Source: Verrucomicrobiota bacterium
GTDB taxonomy: Bacteria; Verrucomicrobiota; Verrucomicrobiia; Limisphaerales; UBA9464
DNA: 37,326 nucleotides
Assembly (NCBI GenBank): GCA_043732975.1
Contig: JAYTHD010000138.1
Location: 1-37,326 of the forward strand
Reading direction: 5' to 3'
In this document: piece after piece, positions 35,201 through 37,326 of the stretch
Layout of the letters: every line of letters starts with the position of its first letter
Numbering within the stretch: position 1 is the first letter of the stretch
Notes under the pieces: generated by a model
Told to the model about the DNA's origin: nothing
Databases searched by the model: none
What the model saw: the letters and a program-made list of their open reading frames with translations, nothing else
Made by a program: the position numbers and the translations under genes

Positions 35201-37326
35201 AAAGTGGGCACTGCGGGAGTCCCATTCAGCTACACAATCCCGAACGGCGCCTTTAGCGATCCCGACGCGGGCCAGAATTTAAGCTACTCGGCGAGTGGGC
35301 TGCCGAACGGCATCTCTCTAGATCCCGAGTCCGGAGTTTTGAGTGGCAGTCCGTCTGCAACGGGGACTTACTTGGTGACGATTACCGCGACCGATAGCGT
35401 CACGCCTCCGGCGAGCGCCACGGCGCCCATGATTCTGGTGATTGTTGATCCGAACGTCACGCCATCTCTGCACGGCGACTCCATCCAGGTGCAGTGGGAT
35501 TATCCGGACATCCATACGGCGTTCGCTGCTGCGCAAAACTTCACGGTGCAATCTCCAGGCACGAGTGTCGTCTATAATAACGGCCAGTACAGTTACGATG
35601 TGACAGTTGCTGCTGACACGATAGTCGTGTCTCAATTTCAGGCGAATAACGGAACTCTGGGCGACAGCCCAGGCTATAGCGGCCCGGCGGGCAGTCCAGA
35701 CGGCGCGACTGATCCAGGAGTGACATTCAACGGGCTGGTGTTGACGGATGCAGTCCATGCATTCGGAACCGTAGCCGTTGTTACAGTCACCGGGCTGGCG
35801 GGGTGGGACCCGTCACGGCTCCTGGTCAACGGCTCCCAAATCGGACTCAACTTTATGGGATTAAGTCCGATCGAGGGCCAATCGGTTTTGGTGCTGCGCG
35901 TGCAGCCAGCGCCTCCAGTCCTGAGCATCACCGGTTTGCTCCCCGCTTCGGTCGCAGCCAATGGCGCGGACTTCATCCTCACCGTGAACGGCTCTGGGTT
36001 TGTCAACGGCTCGGTCGTGCTTCTAAATGGCTCAGCCCGGGCCACAGCCTATGTGAACAGCTCGCAACTCACGGCCCAGTTTACAACAGCGGACATCACG
36101 TCCGGCGCTGAGCTCGCCACGGCCCTGATCACGGTTGAGAATCCCTCTGCGGTTCAATCGAATCAGGCAGTATTGTCCATCGTTGGCTCGAACGTGAGCG
36201 CCGTTCAAAGCGGCACAGCGCCACCCGGACAGATCGCAATCGTCTCTACGGCGCCGACGGACGGCACTTCCGCCGGCGTTGCCGCCGCTTTGGATGCGGG
36301 CAACAGCTCTCAAACTGTGACCGTATCGGCTGCCACCTACGCCCGTGACCCTGTCACGAACAATACGATTAACGCCGGAGGGGGTTACGTTGACCTGCGG
36401 GTGTCCGGAGCCGACGCGACGGCCCAAATGGTGGCTCATTTTTATTACCCCAGCACGGTCACGGGAGCAGACGAGGATGCCCTGGTCCTCCTCTATTTTA
36501 GCGGCAGTGCCTGGGCGCCCGTATCGAGCAGCGGCGGCTTGGCCCCAATAAAGGACACCTCCGATAATCTTGACCGGTCGACTTCCGGAGGGCGTTTTAT
36601 CGTGACGTTCGACATGAGCAGCACGCCGGCTATTACTGACTTAGACGGAACCGTTTTTGCTCTCACGATTCCGTTTACAATGGTGACACCGGTTATTGCC
36701 TGGAATAATTTAGCAGCCATCTCCTACGGCACACCGCTCGGTGCAGCTCAGTTAAATGCTGCCGCAACAGATCCAACCACCGGCCTAAAGGTCGCTGGCC
36801 ATTTCAGCTACTCTCCGCCCGCGGGCACAGTCCTCGACGTTGGAAACGGACAAGCACTGAGCGTCACGTTCATACCCGCGGATCAAGACCACTACAACTC
36901 AGGCGCCGCCACCACGACCATAAACGTGACACGGACTGTCACCAGGGTCAGTCTTGCGGCATCGGTCAATCCAGCGTCCGTGAAGTCGCCAATCACCTTT
37001 ACTGTGACGATTACACCACCGGAAACGAGCGGAACCGTGCGCCTTGTGGATGGGACGGCGAATATCGGCGTTAGCTCCTTGGCGCAAGGCCAAACCAGCT
37101 TCAACACGTCGGCATTGGCGGTTGGCAACCATGACGTCCAGGCCATCTTCGATGGCACGGCACAGGCATTTGGGAGCAGCGCCACCATCGTCGAAACGAT
37201 CAAATCGACGCCGCCGGTGATCACGGCGTGTCCGGCAAACATCACAGTCCAAACCGGACCGGGCCGAACCACTTGCGATCAGGTGGCGACTTGGACGCCG
37301 CCTACGGCCAGCGACAACTGCACCTT
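32300..37326 (+). CDS. giant secreted multi-domain surface protein (lectin-like N-terminal module, NHL-like beta-propeller repeats, He_PIG/cadherin-like Ig, IPT/TIG, Ig-like repeats, HYR), 3' end beyond the window; NOT in the supplied ORF track
   Basis: I read the frame (codon starts congruent to 2 mod 3) line by line. There is no stop from TAA 32057-32059 to base 37326. The first ATG is at 32300; alternative starts are TTG 32426 and ATG 32468, just before a hydrophobic signal-like segment AGAMILWQACGLSLLG. The partial product is at least 1675 aa. Recognisable segments: GWQGLDIG...GDVEIVARLVSISGAPRSEVGLMLRAS (ConA-like lectin module); GEIYFSDVDNNVIRV, DSRGDLWII and GSNIYVSCSGGGSHLRKFDPAGNLVW (NHL-like); PFSYTIPNGAFSDPDAGQNLSYSASGLPNGISLDPESGVLSGSPSATGTYLVTITATD (He_PIG); PVLSITGLLPASVAANGADFILTVNGSGF (IPT/TIG); PPVITACPANITVQTGPGRTTCDQVATWTPPTASDNC (HYR). 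Confidence 0.9.
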   Translation, partial: MKAKLDSPGEGLNSYHREEGHSPIEEEPSERGLTAATYPKSRLSPVGWQARFWAGAMILWQACGLSLLGQPVGWQGLDIGNADVSGSESYVGGVWTITGAGAGLFGNFHYNAPDSAHYTYREASGDVEIVARLVSISGAPRSEVGLMLRASTDGTADMAAVMFEYQFYDLNNSDPNYQNFVIQSNRRLGFSSNPWIYDNYVGTAPPVSPPIWLKLIRVGNDYSVARSEDGITWTSVADYGGDAFLASGTFDIGLYVSSGAAGQLATAVFDNIYIGPPRLAYRTTWVGNSFSSSSARYVSGNLAALYVSPDGTCYTNSAYDEGGEAAKIYKDGRVVRSFTDNGFFGNNGVSEGSVTGDSQFIYILGNRGLPYRTDLQGNNIQPVTLGTGTGRIGGMAVGNGEIYFSDVDNNVIRVASATTLTEIPDRVFPFTRPGQMAVDSRGDLWIIQRATDYPNSLVFRAQYTAAIVCYHPDGTFTGKQISDMVNPAALCWDSHEDRLLVCENGPDQNIRIYNGLATAPALSGTIGSTGGLFAGGVPGLLNDPNAGGYLRLYGPNGVGMDSGSNIYVSCSGGGSHLRKFDPAGNLVWSLSGLEFVNCGDFDPASDGQDVYEVDKHIRLDLSQSPLASVPGSEWSYTGFSWNPFGSEPELRGNRSTIVRRFGPAQSLFMWSQSQSVEDNQGYPVYRFIGETAIPCGKFVTGTPDQNHSVLWVDINGDQVQSPDEQLTYLTPGVGFASALDVGASGDLYALFAAHYDWAAGLGSIFHVSCRGVSASGVPIYSDAPGGYDQTAVPSSIAFPNRIRYDSSSDAMYILGNDANRAPVLGRFDQWSTGNPVQHFLIKLPTPETSPDFLYFPPDYSFGLPFSYFAMDVAGEAVFVGELWGPIHVFSADTGLPVTILNPGPEVSGIQGWIDMWHGVRAFHRSNGEYLVLREDAGYRARNLLFRWPPMNNAAPNRPPVWTQFITNKVGTAGVPFSYTIPNGAFSDPDAGQNLSYSASGLPNGISLDPESGVLSGSPSATGTYLVTITATDSVTPPASATAPMILVIVDPNVTPSLHGDSIQVQWDYPDIHTAFAAAQNFTVQSPGTSVVYNNGQYSYDVTVAADTIVVSQFQANNGTLGDSPGYSGPAGSPDGATDPGVTFNGLVLTDAVHAFGTVAVVTVTGLAGWDPSRLLVNGSQIGLNFMGLSPIEGQSVLVLRVQPAPPVLSITGLLPASVAANGADFILTVNGSGFVNGSVVLLNGSARATAYVNSSQLTAQFTTADITSGAELATALITVENPSAVQSNQAVLSIVGSNVSAVQSGTAPPGQIAIVSTAPTDGTSAGVAAALDAGNSSQTVTVSAATYARDPVTNNTINAGGGYVDLRVSGADATAQMVAHFYYPSTVTGADEDALVLLYFSGSAWAPVSSSGGLAPIKDTSDNLDRSTSGGRFIVTFDMSSTPAITDLDGTVFALTIPFTMVTPVIAWNNLAAISYGTPLGAAQLNAAATDPTTGLKVAGHFSYSPPAGTVLDVGNGQALSVTFIPADQDHYNSGAATTTINVTRTVTRVSLAASVNPASVKSPITFTVTITPPETSGTVRLVDGTANIGVSSLAQGQTSFNTSALAVGNHDVQAIFDGTAQAFGSSATIVETIKSTPPVITACPANITVQTGPGRTTCDQVATWTPPTASDNCT

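Noticed and set aside
33893-37272. Minus-strand ORFs 33893-34474, 35318-35758, 35674-36045, 36032-36439, 36892-37272 and small plus-strand ORFs in other frames
   Set aside because: All lie inside the uninterrupted 5-kb plus-strand frame, whose product has clear domain signatures. These are shadow ORFs.

Overview
High-GC chromosomal segment whose gene content looks like the PVC group (Verrucomicrobiota/Planctomycetota). That assignment is an inference from the DUF1501 protein, a Tat-signal TIM-barrel protein, an ECF-type sigma factor and a COG4692-like BNR protein. Bases 1 to about 29.8 kb are ordinary backbone: a DUF1501 protein (5' truncated by the window), a CDF transporter, a small lipoprotein, rplM-rpsI, an ECF-type sigma factor and a NYN/LOTUS protein. 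They are followed by a minus-strand L-rhamnose locus (rhaA plus a 4-component ABC importer), an M29 aminopeptidase and a 943-aa CBM-like/SGNH/alpha-beta-hydrolase fusion. Next come an RK2-type parD with a truncated parE, a XerC/D-type recombinase, tRNA-Tyr(GTA) and convergent UvrD-like and Lhr-like helicases. The backbone ends with a Tat-exported TIM-barrel enzyme, an acyltransferase-3, glgC, a BNR sialidase-like protein and a TPR protein. From about 29.85 kb the composition visibly shifts to lower GC and the content becomes accessory. This part holds an orphan lipoprotein, about 1.2 kb of non-coding DNA built from two copies of a composite repeat module, and a small 3-TM ORF carrying a perfect 18-bp tandem duplication. 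The key point is an open reading frame of more than 5 kb (32300 to the window end, no stop) that is absent from the supplied ORF track. It encodes a giant secreted multi-domain surface protein. A second repeat family, a palindromic element of about 108 bp, occurs as an inverted pair bracketing the aminopeptidase/esterase segment, and one copy marks the parE truncation point. No rRNA, CRISPR array or intact transposase was seen.
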